A stretch of 64,000 nucleotides of DNA from an uncultured Nitrospiraceae bacterium (GCA_963846575.1 CAWJWJ010000002.1:928001-992000); one strand, 5' to 3'; counted from the first letter of the stretch, positions 29,121 through 41,017 are shown. A program made the numbers and translations. Notes: a model not told the origin generated them from the sequence alone.

Positions 29121-29311
29121 GGACTCGTGGGGTGGCGATTGACGATGAACCGGCGACACTCGACACATGCATAACTAAATTCCATGTGCTTTGGATTGTA
29201 CTGTTCCACTATTTTCGCGCGGTCCACGGCTGTATCCGGCCACTCCATTTGATACGCGCTCGTAGCTATCGCATACCCACATGGGCATCGGACAATATCT
29301 GGAAGTATCAT
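29114..29311 (-). CDS. Small Cys-containing hypothetical protein
   Basis: GAGG RBS; CPCG...CVEC. Confidence 0.45.
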   Translation of the reverse strand: MILPDIVRCPCGYAIATSAYQMEWPDTAVDRAKIVEQYNPKHMEFSYACVECRRFIVNRHPTSPK

Positions 29312-29650
29312 CGTAATCCTCTCGGTTGCTGGGTGCCGATGGTTGCCACGTGAGCCGACATCAAATCGCGTGTTCCTCAGGGCAATCCTGCCATGATCTG
29401 ACCCCGATGTTCACCATCCACGGCATCCTAGTGTCTCTCAACCTCATGGATGGGATTTTAGGGTGGAGCTGATCATCAGGATACTAGGCCCAACCCCCGT
29501 TTTACTTGTACGAGACCCTCAGCCCTCAAGAGTCTTACGCGACGGGTCAAGGCACTTGGCCTCGTGCAGTAATTCATGAACAAGGGCCATTCCCAGTAGT
29601 GCCTCTCACCGGTATCTCGCAGAATGGGCCACACCCGCAAGGAGCTACCA

Positions 29651-30013
29651 ATGGAACCGCAGCGCTTTTGGATCCACTTCACACTCGTGCTCGCGGTGTT
29701 CATTGCGGTCACTGTCTCGCACATCGTGAGCAGCGCCGGAGCCGGGAACACGGCTGGCGGAACCGACGTGCCACCGGAGGGTGGGTTCGCCAATCCATTA
29801 CCGGGGGCTAGCACTGGCCCGACCGCCGGGGAACCAGACGACTCCACAGCAGCCAAGGGCGCCGTTCAGGAGCGGACGAGATCGGAGCCGGACGCTTCAG
29901 CGCATGACAGCACCTCGCTGCGAAAATCCCCTTCCAGTCAGCCGGATAACCATCCTGGTTCTGACCGCATAGACTCCGATCATAAGAAGGCCCGCGACAA
30001 ACTAAGTCATTAG
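29651..30013 (+). CDS. Secreted low-complexity hypothetical protein
   Basis: AGGAG RBS, N-terminal hydrophobic segment. Confidence 0.55.
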   Translation: MEPQRFWIHFTLVLAVFIAVTVSHIVSSAGAGNTAGGTDVPPEGGFANPLPGASTGPTAGEPDDSTAAKGAVQERTRSEPDASAHDSTSLRKSPSSQPDNHPGSDRIDSDHKKARDKLSH

Positions 30014-30022
30014 CGAGGCGCG

Positions 30023-30244
30023 ATGTCGATCACATGGACACCTTGCACGATTGCATGCTGTGGCGTGGTTGTCATCGCTGCGTTGACCGGATGCGATCGA
30101 CAAGGACTCAATCGACAACCGCCTCCACCGGCCGGCGTGTCGGTTCATCAGTCACCCTCGCAGGGGTTCCCACCCGCGCCGCAAGGAGCTATGCACGTCC
30201 CGGCGGTGACACCTGCTGTCCCTGCAGATTCAGCCGCTCGATAA
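30023..30244 (+). CDS. Small Pro-rich lipoprotein (paralog of 24577)
   Basis: Lipobox LTGC; shared RQ.PPP.G.SVH.SPS....PA.QG.M.VPA. Confidence 0.7.
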   Translation: MSITWTPCTIACCGVVVIAALTGCDRQGLNRQPPPPAGVSVHQSPSQGFPPAPQGAMHVPAVTPAVPADSAAR

Positions 30245-30795
30245 GCCCGTCATTCAAGTTGCATTTGCCTCTTGGCAAGCGATCGCGAAATAAAGAAGCG
30301 GTCCATGCTGAAACTCGTTAGATGCGACCACGATAGGATGACCCCTGCCAGCGGCTCCTGACAAGGAATTAGGCCGGTGTTAATACTGCTCCTGGCTGTT
30401 TGGGGAGATTATGCCGGCCGAAAGGTGTGCAGCTGATCCGTAATGTCTGCCGGCCAGAGTGCGAAAGGAGCGAAAAAAAGACCTTTCTTCGCTGCTTTCG
30501 CTAATGCGCGAGCAAATGTTGTGAGGCGTTATACACACCTATGCAGCAGAAGCAGGGGACCCGGACAGAATAGAAGACCCCCAGGTACGCACACAGCACA
30601 TATGAAGAGATGTCAACGTACGATGCCGCCCGCAGGAGCGCCTCCTTTGATTGGAGACTTTGCGACAGCAAGTCATCGACCAGCACATCCCCGGGGTCTC
30701 GGCTTGCCGGTGTCGAGGCGAATACCGAAGAAGTGAATGTTAAACCGTGACTGCCTGAAAGAGGGCTTAAAGGAAGAGTAAGCCGTTGAATTATT

Positions 30796-30842
30796 TGGTG
30801 GCGGTGACCCGGATTGAACGGGTGACCCGCGGCTTATGAGTC
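30796..30842 (-). tRNA. 3' fragment (nt 30-76) of tRNA-Met(CAT); island att end
   Basis: Minus strand GACTCATAAGCCGCGGGTCACCCGTTCAATCCGGGTCACCGCCACCA: anticodon, T-arm and CCA; no 5' half upstream. Confidence 0.92.
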
Positions 30843-31046
30843 GCCTCCGAACCGTGACAGAAACCGTGACAGCTAAGAAGGCTGAAAGTCGGGTTCCAGT
30901 GATCCAATCCCGGGGCTATGTCATGCATGGTACTGGTGAGCTTCTGCAAGCGTACCAGCGAAGAGGCTGACGCGGTAAGACGAGGCTTATGAATTAAACT
31001 CATTCACTACTTCGGCTGTGCCAGGAAACATGTATAGCCAGTCGAG

Positions 31047-32707
31047 TTTTAACCGCCCTCGTGCGACGGCGGATCACCCCACACATTGCGGCCAAGACGA
31101 CGGGACGGGAGGCCATCCATCAGCGGGTGCGTCGGCTGAGTCGGACGGTGGGCTATCGCCTCTCGCAACGGGCGCGGAAGAAGATCGAAGAACTCTGAGG
31201 CGAGGCGAAATGCTGGCACGGCTTCCGGCGGTTTCAGCGACGGGGGCTGCTCCAGGCGTAAGCTCCCCTTAGATTGAGACAGCCATAAGGAGAACATTCT
31301 GGCACAATCGTCACCCTAGCCAGGAGGTTCCCATGCGCCAGTCGAAGTTCACCGAAACACAAATCGTGTCGATCCTGAAAGAAGCCGATGCCGGGCGCCC
31401 GGTCAATGAGTTGTGGCGGCAGCACGGCATCAGTTCCGCGACGTACTACAAGTGGAAATCCAAGTACGGCGGGCTGGAAGCCTCGGATGTGAAGCGACTG
31501 AAGGAATTGGAACACGAAAACAACCGCCTCAAGCGGATGTATGCCGATCTCTCGCTCGAGAATGCGGCGCTGAAAGATGTCATCGCAAAAAAGCTCTGAA
31601 GCCCGCTGAACGTCGGGAGGTTGTCACGCATCTCGTGACCGTACACGGTCTCCCGGTTCAGCGGGCTTGTCGCGCAGTGGGTTTGGGACGGGCGACGTAC
31701 TACCGACCACTCATCGACTGGGCTCGGCGGGATGCGCCGGTCATCGAGGCGTTGACGACGCTCGTCGCGGCGAAGAGTCGCTGGGGCTTTTGGAAGTGTT
31801 TCGGCGACTCCGATTGGATGGACATCCGTGGAATCACAAGCGTCTCTGGCGGGTGTACTGCCAGCTCCGCTTGAATCTCCCCCGTCGGACGAAGAAGCGG
31901 CTCTCAGCTCGTCTGCGACAGCCGTTGGGCGTGATTCCGTACCCGAACGCCGTGTGGGCCGTGGACTTCATGAGTGACACTCTGTACGGCGGCCGACGAT
32001 TCCGGACGCTGAACCTGCTGGATGAAGGCGTGCGGGAAGGCTTGGCGATTGAGATCGATACGTCGCTCCCGGCTGAACGCGTGATTCGCGTGCTGGAGCA
32101 AGTCGTGAGCTGGCGGGGCCAGCCGCAAGCGATTCGGCTCGATAATGGCCCAGAATTCCTCGCCGACCGGTTCATCACCTGGTGTGCGGAACGGGCGATT
32201 CAGCTGTGGCACATCCAACCGGGCAAGCCGGATCAGAATGCCTTGATTGAGCGGTATAACCGAACCTATCGGACCGAAGTGCTCAATGCCTATGTGTTCG
32301 AGTCGTTGGATCAGGTGCGAGAGATCAGTGCCGAATGGTTGCAGAGTTACAATGAAGAGCGGCCCCATGACGCGTTGGCGGGCCTGCCGCCCGCCACGTA
32401 TCGGGCCCAAGTGGAAGCCAGAAATTCTCCCATGAAACTGTCTCCTTGACGGGGGAGCTTACGCAGGTCCGAGATGAGGCCTATCTAATGGGCTGGTTAC
32501 TGAATCTGAAGCGACTGGCGAACCTGCTCCCGGCCCCGGCCTAGCGGGGGCACACCGGGCGCCTGGGGGCGTGCAGGAGCGGCGGGAGAGAGCAGGTGAT
32601 GGACGGCTCACCTTCCATGACGGACAGACCAATCGCCCAACAGAGACCTGAGTGAGTACAGCCGTGACAGCGAAACCGTTTCAAAAGGCTAGTTTGTCAA
32701 CAGCCTG
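31047..32707 (+). pseudogene. Truncated IS5-family element (3' end plus IR), interrupted by IS3
   Basis: Homologous to the 3' end of the 45110-46486 element; IR GTTTGTCAACAGCCTG 32692-32707; in-frame TGA. Confidence 0.85.
31257..32463 (+). mobile_element. IS3-family (IS407-like) element, copy 1; orfB has a 1-nt frameshift near 31800
   Basis: IRs CGTAAGCTCCCC; 4-bp TSD CAGG; orfA 31333-31599; A6G slippery site; DDE orfB to 32449. Confidence 0.95.
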
Positions 32708-33020
32708 CTAGCGTATCGGCACCTAGTTCGTGCCGAGCGATAATCACTCCGCTATTTTCTAGAGTGGAGACAACACTCGAGATCGGGCCGTCCCCAAGGT
32801 TGTAGAAGCAGCGCGTTTCCATTGCGAGCTCTTCGATCCGGTCGAAGGATAGGAGCAGAGGATCACCAGGAACATCAAGCTGAGGTAGGCGCGGAACAGG
32901 AAATTGTACGTGACCACGAAGATACGAGACAATCTCACGAAAGCCAGGCATAGCGTTGTTCGGCACGCCTGCGAGCGGATTTTGTTGCGGCCTTCATCGA
33001 CCGATAGAAGCTACGATACT
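32708..33020 (-). pseudogene. Internal fragment of an XRE-ImmA/IrrE metallopeptidase gene
   Basis: FYRSMKAATKSARRRAE...IEELA..TR....LGDGPISSVV..LEN.GV, cut by the IS5 end. Confidence 0.7.
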
Positions 33021-33057
33021 CTGTTCTCTTTCTGGCTCGCACGGCTTAATGCCATGC

Positions 33058-34896
33058 TCACAACGGCTCTTCTCTTCCTTGGTACACTATAACCTCCTCA
33101 TAGTCAGGAGCTTTGACTTGAATGCTGGAACAGGCCCAGTACCCTTCTGGTTCGCAAGGTTCAATGTCAGGTTCACAGCAGCCAGGTCGAGGGGGATCAC
33201 TGCATGGCCGTCGACACGGTGGAGGACAGCGTCGCGTAATGACAAACCGGCAGCTGGCAGTAAAGCTAAATGGCACACCCACTGGTGCAACCTCTCGGAA
33301 ATTACCTCGAGGCGGCCGAATATAGACCTTAGCACTTGGGACTGAAGTGCCCGTTCCTGCATCCTCAGCGTATACCGTAACTTGCCCAGAACCTTCTATG
33401 TTTGATGGATTCGTCGAAACCCGCAATTTCCTCAATATAATCGGCATACCAATCGCCGTGTCGTTATAGCTAGACGCCACTACGGTTACCTTATTCCCTT
33501 CATGAAAGGAATAGGTGATAGCGGTGTTCGTCTCTCCTATGACTTGTCCGTCGACTTTTACCTGACCACGGATCGCATTTCCACTATGCCAATCGTGAGC
33601 GCTCACTATGAAAGAAACAGGCTCTCCGACTGGGATTCGCTGAACATTCAAGGAAAGCCGTAATTGGGGCGGCCCTAGTCTCCAAAACACTCGGTAGATG
33701 GCCTTGAAGTCAGCATCCTTTCTTACGAAGATGCCCCTTTCTCCTCGAATGAAGACATATACATTGACATGGTCCTGGTGTTTCGTAATTCGCGCACCAT
33801 TTCTGGCCGAATTACCATCAACTATGAGATCCGTGGTGGTTTCTCCTCCCACTGCTTCTACGCATTCCAATGTCGCGAGGGGATCGGGACGGCTAGATGG
33901 AGGGTGAATATCAAGATTCAAAATCCGCTCCTGAGCCGTTGTCGGGCCTGCTTTCGCCACCATTGCGACACAGCGAACGGTTTCCTCCCGCGCTTTAGGT
34001 GGGAGTGCATGAACATGATCTGGGGGGTGAATTTCCGTCCAGCGAGCCGGATTGTAGGGATGCTCCTTGGGATTTGTTCCCCATTTTAATATCCGATCCC
34101 CCCAGGCTTGAAGAGCGCTTCCATCAGCCCAGTGGGGATCATCCGTCACTAATGCTCCTATCACGCAGAGATAATCCCCCCCCTGCAATCGCCTGCTCGG
34201 GTCATTGGACGCGTATCTCGGATCCCAGGGCCAGACAAAATTACGTCCGTCTGCACAGCCGGACAATTCTGGTGGATGAGCTGTCCAACCAGCATCTTCA
34301 GGAATCGCACGATTATCCTCACACTTACCGCAACGCTGTCCCGGCCGCCATGACTTTATTTCAACATGGATGAGTGGTGGAGACACTGCAACGTAGTCAT
34401 TCCCACTGGTATTGTGCTGAACGATGCTGCCGACACGCATCAAGCCTCCGAGGTCTATTCCCTTTGCGTCTGTGAATCGAGGATCGATTTCAAATCCAAA
34501 GGTTGCGTCAGGGGGATCTTCATGACAGCCCGGTGATGAACCAATCTCCTTTTCCAACCAACCATGGAGTTCAATAATCCGTGCACCACGGGCATTTGGC
34601 CACGTACCGCCGATGGCAAGGCGATGATCACGGTTAGGCCAGCTCAGTTGGCTATGGATATCCCAGTAGATCATCGAGGGATCAGTGCCCGCATAGCCTC
34701 GCGTGCCACCACACCCTACGTCTTGGGCATAGTGTCTATTGGGATCCGCCCGCCAGTAAGAATCTGGCACGCCAGTATGGGACAGATTAGGAATGGGCAG
34801 CGCCGCTGACGCTCGCTTATAGAACGGTGCGGGGAGTAGCGAGACCATTCCAACCGCAAGGCTAAGCTTCAAAAACTTTCTTCTGCTGATAGCCAT
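33058..34896 (-). CDS. Tat-exported hypothetical protein with EIHP motif, Ig-like repeats and Cys/Pro-rich tail
   Basis: SRRKFLK twin-arginine signal; 612-aa open frame. Confidence 0.85.
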   Translation of the reverse strand: MAISRRKFLKLSLAVGMVSLLPAPFYKRASAALPIPNLSHTGVPDSYWRADPNRHYAQDVGCGGTRGYAGTDPSMIYWDIHSQLSWPNRDHRLAIGGTWPNARGARIIELHGWLEKEIGSSPGCHEDPPDATFGFEIDPRFTDAKGIDLGGLMRVGSIVQHNTSGNDYVAVSPPLIHVEIKSWRPGQRCGKCEDNRAIPEDAGWTAHPPELSGCADGRNFVWPWDPRYASNDPSRRLQGGDYLCVIGALVTDDPHWADGSALQAWGDRILKWGTNPKEHPYNPARWTEIHPPDHVHALPPKAREETVRCVAMVAKAGPTTAQERILNLDIHPPSSRPDPLATLECVEAVGGETTTDLIVDGNSARNGARITKHQDHVNVYVFIRGERGIFVRKDADFKAIYRVFWRLGPPQLRLSLNVQRIPVGEPVSFIVSAHDWHSGNAIRGQVKVDGQVIGETNTAITYSFHEGNKVTVVASSYNDTAIGMPIILRKLRVSTNPSNIEGSGQVTVYAEDAGTGTSVPSAKVYIRPPRGNFREVAPVGVPFSFTASCRFVITRRCPPPCRRPCSDPPRPGCCEPDIEPCEPEGYWACSSIQVKAPDYEEVIVYQGREEPL

Positions 34897-34953
34897 GAGT
34901 TACCCGTGCGACTTTTCCAAATTCTTAAGTGCAAAAACATTCCCGTCTCGACG

Positions 34954-35721
34954 TCACTCTTTCTTAGGTCCACCGACTCTAGGTGATCCGCCCGCCTTTG
35001 CATCTTGACCAGTAGATTTCCAGAGAAGGTTGTAGATTTCCTTCTGGTGCTGGAGATAGCGAAAAACGATGTTTTGAATTACCTGGGGTACGTCTGCCAA
35101 CGGCGAGTTGGGAGGTTCGGTCATTATTGGTGGCGAAGATGGGCCGGAAACCGGGGGCGGGGAAGGGGAAGAAGGTTGGGTAGGCTGAGGGATTGTAGGT
35201 GAAAGCGCAGGCTGTACCGCCGTTGTGGTGACTCCAAAACCTGTGTTCACTGGCTGAACCTGAAGTTTAGTTAGCTCGTCTATTGCGAAAACCGTCACCA
35301 CAAAGTCGTCAAACATAACAATGATATCTAGATAGAGGTCCTTATCAATTGCTCCGTTAAGGTAGGCCTCGCAGGCTCGGTACAAACTATCTCTGAGGAG
35401 TTGAATGGTTGATGTCCTTGTCCCGAGCTTTGCCACCGCCTCCGCTGAACGTGCATCCATTTCGACTAAGCTCTTTTCTCCGACGGGAACCTTTAGTAGC
35501 CCGGAAGCAGCCATACTTACAATGGCATCGGGGCTTGGTTCAGCACACACTATCCGCTCATTATGATTTGTCCCGCCCTTTAGGGTCGACAACATGATCC
35601 GCTGTCTCGCGTCCATGCTGAGACTGATCGGCTCGTCCACATTAAATGTCTTGAAGATGGTCGAACTACAGCCTGTACAAGTCACTATCAAACACAGCAT
35701 GACCAACTTATTCGTATTCAT
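34954..35721 (-). CDS. Hypothetical lipoprotein (CAEPSPDA...LLRD.LYRACEAY type)
   Basis: Lipobox CTGC; Pro-rich linker; GAGG RBS. Confidence 0.8.
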   Translation of the reverse strand: MNTNKLVMLCLIVTCTGCSSTIFKTFNVDEPISLSMDARQRIMLSTLKGGTNHNERIVCAEPSPDAIVSMAASGLLKVPVGEKSLVEMDARSAEAVAKLGTRTSTIQLLRDSLYRACEAYLNGAIDKDLYLDIIVMFDDFVVTVFAIDELTKLQVQPVNTGFGVTTTAVQPALSPTIPQPTQPSSPSPPPVSGPSSPPIMTEPPNSPLADVPQVIQNIVFRYLQHQKEIYNLLWKSTGQDAKAGGSPRVGGPKKE

Positions 35722-35834
35722 AAGTACCTCGCAAGTGTTCTATGGGCGCATGCCCGGTCTTTCTGGCAGCGGCCGGGGCAAAATCAACTCCGCTGTACTA
35801 TTCAAACGGCAAACACCAATGGCAAGCAATGGCA

Positions 35835-35850
35835 AGCAACAAGTATTCCA
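35835..35850 (-). promoter_or_regulatory. Putative sigma54 promoter
   Basis: Minus strand TGGAATACTTGTTGCT (GG-N10-GC). Confidence 0.55.
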
Positions 35851-36852
35851 TGTCCCCCAAAGACAAATTGCATTAGCATACTGCGACCGCGATGGAACGC
35901 AGTACAGGACCTTGGTATTTACAAAAATCACAGCCAAACCCTTGTGGGTGAACACGGAAAAGGCTTCTTAACGTCGGCTGGGCCAGCCTGTTGAACTGCC
36001 GTGGCCGCAGTTCTAATCCCCTAGCATTCCCCGCGAATGGCCACTTTTAGATACCAGCAAAGTATCGAAACCGATACCGTCAGTATCTTTTGAGATATAG
36101 GCCAGGGACGTCAGAAGCAATCATCCGCGTTTCGATGAGAATCACTTAGTCGCTTTGCCTGTACCGAACAAGCTAATGGAAGTCTCTCCCAAAATCCAAC
36201 GCTATGTCCATAAAGCTATCCTAGCCCGCCAGAAGGCTGCGCGCCTTTTTTGGCGGGATGCGAAAGCAACAGTCGAAAAAACAATAAGGCTTTTGGCCTA
36301 AGAGGAGTTCTTACACCTCGGTGCCAAAGAGCTACCCGCGCTCTGTCCTTCCCTATCAAATGAATGGAGCCGGCAAGGATGAGGCCTTGTCGAAGGGGCG
36401 GACTACAGGTTGCCACACCACGAACAGCACTAGCAGGTGTCCGGCCAATGCCTGACACGTCACCAGGCGACATATGAAGTGAGAGGAAGAACTAATATCC
36501 GAAGGTGGAACGATGGAATAGCATGTCAATATAGGGACAAGCGTCTCTGCATATCGATGCGTAGCGGCACGTCGTGATCCTGACATGCAGCGGTGCGCTC
36601 TCTCAGCGATCGTCGCGCAACAATATAGCTCTGGGATACCCTTCCATTAAGCGAGCCAAGCATTATCCAGGAGTTGTATCTTTTTCGATAATCCCGTGTC
36701 GGAAAGGATACGGCGCCCTTCTGAACCTATGCGACGGAAGCCCGTAGATACCGTTTTTTACAAAATCTGCGTAATGATCATCGCAGCTCGCAGCAAGGCT
36801 AAATGCGGAATGGTCTATTGAAGCTGCGAGCAAAATCTTTCAAGCAGAGATA

Positions 36853-36868
36853 TGGAATAGATATTGCT
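36853..36868 (+). promoter_or_regulatory. Putative sigma54 promoter
   Basis: TGGAATAGATATTGCT (GG-N10-GC). Confidence 0.55.
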
Positions 36869-36981
36869 GAATGAATACGTACGTAATAAGCGAAGACTTC
36901 AATGCCACTAAGATTGGCTGAGTTTTTTTTAAAAGGCTTACCACCACTTTTCTTCTAAATGATTCCGCAGAAAGGAACGTT

Positions 36982-38968
36982 ATGAGAATGAACCGTTACT
37001 TGGGAGGCATGAGTATTTTAGGTTTGGCGAGTGTACTGTTGACCGGATGCCTGGTTGCTATGGCTCAGGATGATCGAGGAGAGACAAAGCGTGTCGCGGC
37101 GGTACAACCAGAAGCGACGGCAAAGAAAATAAGTGCTCCATTGGTCCGTGATGCTGCTAAGCCGAAAACGTCGACCACGAAAGATACCCGTGCGTTAATG
37201 GACGCGGCGCCAATGAAGATGTGGAAAGAAGGAGATCCCGTCCGGGTTAAGGACGATATAAGGGGTCTTGATAGTGCCGATGCAGTGCGATACCGGCCGC
37301 AAAAGCAGGTAGACCCGGTCTTGAGCCCCGGGACTTAGCTCAAGAGCGGACATGAATGCCGCCCCAACGATTGTCGCCAACTTTGATGGAATTCAAGCCA
37401 CGGGCGTTTTACCTCCAGATACAGTCGGAGCAGTAGGACCCAATCATTACATTCAAATGGTAAACTCAGCCTTCTCCATCTACAACAAAACTGGGACCCT
37501 GCTCGCCGGACCGTCTCAGATTAATTCCTTGTGGAACGGGTTTGGTGGGCCATGCGAAACGGACAATGACGGGGATCCGGTAGTGCGGTATGACCACTTG
37601 GCAGATCGTTGGCTCGTGAGTCAATTTGCCATCGATAAGAGTATGCAGTGCGTTGCTATTTCTCGAGGCGCTGACCCAGTCACGAGCGGTTGGTTCTTGT
37701 ACGCCTTTCCAACGCAGGATGCAAACGGACAGCCCGTGACTCCAGATTATCCCAAAATTGGCGTATGGCCCGATGGATACTATATGGCAACGCAGCGAGG
37801 ATTTCCGAATAATGGCCTTGATGTGTGGGTCTTTGAGCGAGATCGTATGCTAGCTGGACAGCCAGCCAGACAGGTGCAGTTTGCCGTGGCCGCCCCATCT
37901 CTGTTCCTGCAACCTAGCGATTTGAATGGTCCGCCTCCGCCGGCTGGGACGCCCAATTTCTTCATTCGGCAGGTGGATGGACAACGCTTCAACGGGCAAG
38001 ATCGAATTGAGGTGTACGCCTTCACTGTGAACTGGGCTAATCCAGCCACGTCCACATTTCAGTTAACCAACAGTTTGCCGACTGCCGCCTTTGATTCCGT
38101 CCTGTGCAATTCTACCCTGCTAGGCGCATGCGTACCACAGCCTGGTACATCGCAGCGCCTAGAGACGCTGAGTGTGTGGCCGATGTTCCGCGCACAATAT
38201 CGTAATTTCGGGGCCCATGAAGTGTTGCTCTTAAACCATACAGTAGATGCGACCGGACAGGATCGAGCCGGAATTCGATGGTATGAGCTCCGGCGGACGC
38301 CTGGCGGTACGTGGTCGATTTTTCAACAGCAGACCCATTCACCAGATGCGACAGATCGCTGGATGGGCAGTATGGCTATGGACGCAAAGGGCAACTTAGC
38401 CTTGGGGTACAGCGCCTCGAGCTCAACGACATCCCCGAGTATACGGGTTGCCACAAGGGCCGCTACAGACGGGGCCGGTCAATTCGGCCCAGAAATCACT
38501 TTAATGAATGGCGGTGGATCGCAAACGCATTCGTCAGCACGGTGGGGAGATTACAGTTCAATGGACGTGGACCCCGTTCAGCCCTGCACCTTTTGGTTTA
38601 CGACGCTTTACTATGCTTCTACATCTCAAGCAGCGTGGAGGACGCGAATCTCGGAAGTTCGGATCCCCGAGTGCAGCGGCAGTACGCCAACATCTGCTCT
38701 TCTCGCCTTTGGCGTTGTCTTTAGCGATGGGACCAAGCAATCAGGAACACCGAATTGGACATCAGTATTTAACAGCGCCGAAAAGCGGTATGAACTCACA
38801 ATAAATGGTGAAAATTACCACTATCTAAGGTACAGCACACTGATCACACCAGCCGGTGATATGCGTTACTGTCACTCCTCTAGCATCGGAGGCAAGTTGC
38901 TGATCTATTGCCATGACAAGAATGGCATTCCAACCACAGCGCGGTTTGCCTTTATCACTTATAAATAG
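36982..38968 (+). pseudogene. Secreted beta-rich protein, apparently one gene split by a frameshift near 37324 (ORFs 36982-37338 and 37352-38968)
   Basis: Signal peptide only in the first ORF; second ORF frame is open from 37325; PPDTVGAVGPNHYIQMVN, DYPK, RWGDYS motifs. Confidence 0.7.
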
Positions 38969-39011
38969 AAATCGCTCGAGGCCAGTACTCATATAGGGGG
39001 GAGTGGGAGTT

Positions 39012-39482
39012 ATGAACAATATTATCCGAGCTAGTTTGTGTGTACTCATATTGGTGCACTGTCAGGCGCTGGCCCAGCAGGATCAGGATGATTCAAGCCA
39101 AGTGTTGGATGACGCCGGTGGCATTGCTTGGATGCTGGCAACCGGACACGAACTGACTGATAGCGAGGAGGGAGCTTATGCCGGTGCACTTACTGCGCCA
39201 ACTGCTATCCCATTGGCGTATGGGGTGGTGTACAACGACGGCTCAAAACAGTCGGGATCCACAAACTGGACTTCAGCCTACAACGCTACAAGCCATCGCT
39301 ATGAGATCACAATTGGCGGAGAGAATTACCACTATTCCAGTTATGCCACCATTGTTACGCCAGCAGGAGACGTCCGGTACTGTCGAACAGATAGTGTAAG
39401 CGGAAAGCTTCTTGTCTATTGCGTAGACAAGATAGGGTCTCCCGCTCCCTCACGGTTTTCGTTTGCAGTATACAAACCTTAG
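39012..39482 (+). CDS. Secreted protein consisting of a copy of the preceding gene's C-terminal domain
   Basis: Signal peptide; ungapped alignment to the last 88 aa of the 37352 ORF. Confidence 0.85.
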   Translation: MNNIIRASLCVLILVHCQALAQQDQDDSSQVLDDAGGIAWMLATGHELTDSEEGAYAGALTAPTAIPLAYGVVYNDGSKQSGSTNWTSAYNATSHRYEITIGGENYHYSSYATIVTPAGDVRYCRTDSVSGKLLVYCVDKIGSPAPSRFSFAVYKP

Positions 39483-39571
39483 ATTATGCGCACGTGGCCT
39501 CAGTAAGTTGGCTCCTTCAAGACCCAAAATGCTGCTTTTCGCCACATTGATCATCACGAGGTAGATCCGAC

Positions 39572-41017
39572 ATGCGAATAGTCCGAGCGCCCCTCAAGGT
39601 TCTAAGCCTTGTCGTATGTGCGGTCCTGTCGTTATCTGATACCGCGCTGCCAGTGGTCGGACAAGCAGTGAAGAAATTCACATGGCTACTGGACAACGTC
39701 GAGGTTCAAGGTGTCGTGCGATGGATCGATCCAATTCAGGACGGGACGGAACCGGACATCTTTCGGATTAGAGCCAGACCCGAACTACAGCATCTCATTT
39801 CGCTCTTGCCAGGAAATAACCCCATGATGTTTCAGCCAGTGGGATCAGTTGGAGTTCTCCAGTGTGAGACATATCCGCTTACGCCATTGGACATTAACCG
39901 CTCTGACTCATGGAGCCTTCCGAGGAAACCGAACCAGCCTTTCGAAGTTATTATTGATCCAGTGACGCATCAAAAGCGCCCCCTGCAAGTCGGGGACCAT
40001 ATACGCGTAGTCGGTCGGTTGGTGATAGATCACCATCCCGAGTGGTGTGATATGCCCAGCAAGTTCACGCCTCCAGAGCCATCACGATGCCGCCATCGTG
40101 GATGGCTCAAAGTCGGCCCAGCTCATATGGAACTGCATCCTATCCGCTGGGACGACATTCAGCTAGTGTACGAGGCCCGGTACCATGAGGCAGTCAGCGA
40201 AACGCTTTCGCTCGCCGCGCGCCTCTACGTGGAGAGGGTGTACCGGGGTGGCGGAAAACACATCGCAAACGAGATCGCTGGCGTAGCGAGCAAGATCTTC
40301 ATTCATGAATCCGCCTATAACTATCACGAGCGTGCGACGGCAATCATCCGGCTTAAGGCACCTCCGATCCCTGGATTCTCGCCGCGAGCTGACCTCGTGG
40401 GGTTTGAGAGAGTTTGTACTTCGCAATGGGACTGGAAGGAACCTCTCTGAACTGCGAACGATTCGGACATTGGACGACGGCCTACAAGTCACGGCGTCAA
40501 TAGACGCTCCAAAAACGATCGAACAGGATGGCCTGAGGTTGGAGACGTCGACGATCCATCTAAAGGAAAGTCAATCCTTCAAGTAAATTATCAGGTGTAT
40601 TGGCAGCGGCGCTTGCAAGCTGTCGATAAAAATGGGCATGCGTATGATGTCGACAATCCTTTTCACCAAGATCGTATCAACCTTGGTATGGTCCCTCGTC
40701 AATCCTCCTTTCAGGTGTATCTAAAGAACCGTGGACCTGATGTGCTTACGATCTCAGAAGTCAGCATGGGGCCATCGATAGGAAATCCACGATTCAGAAC
40801 CTTCGCCATTGAAAATGCTTCTGGATTAAAAGTTCCCGCTGGTAGGACCGTACAGCTTGGCGGCACATTCCGGTCGCTCTTTGGCGGTACGTATAGCTCT
40901 AAACTGATCGTTGTCAGTAACGATCCATCGTATCCTCGATTAGAGATAGAGATTATAGCGAGCACCCAAGGACCGGGTAGGCCTACAAATCCTTTCGAGC
41001 CGCTGGTGCCTCAGTAG
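39572..41017 (+). pseudogene. Secreted ELHP-motif protein with C-terminal Ig-like (ASH/choice-of-anchor-D-like) domain; two frameshifts near 40405 and 40540
   Basis: Three overlapping frames read as one protein colinear with the 33058 gene; N.G...L.I...SNDP tail. Confidence 0.65.

Noticed and set aside
30461..30501. GCGAAAG...CTTTCGC inverted repeat as terminator or origin
   Set aside because: No U-tract or adjacent gene end; function cannot be supported
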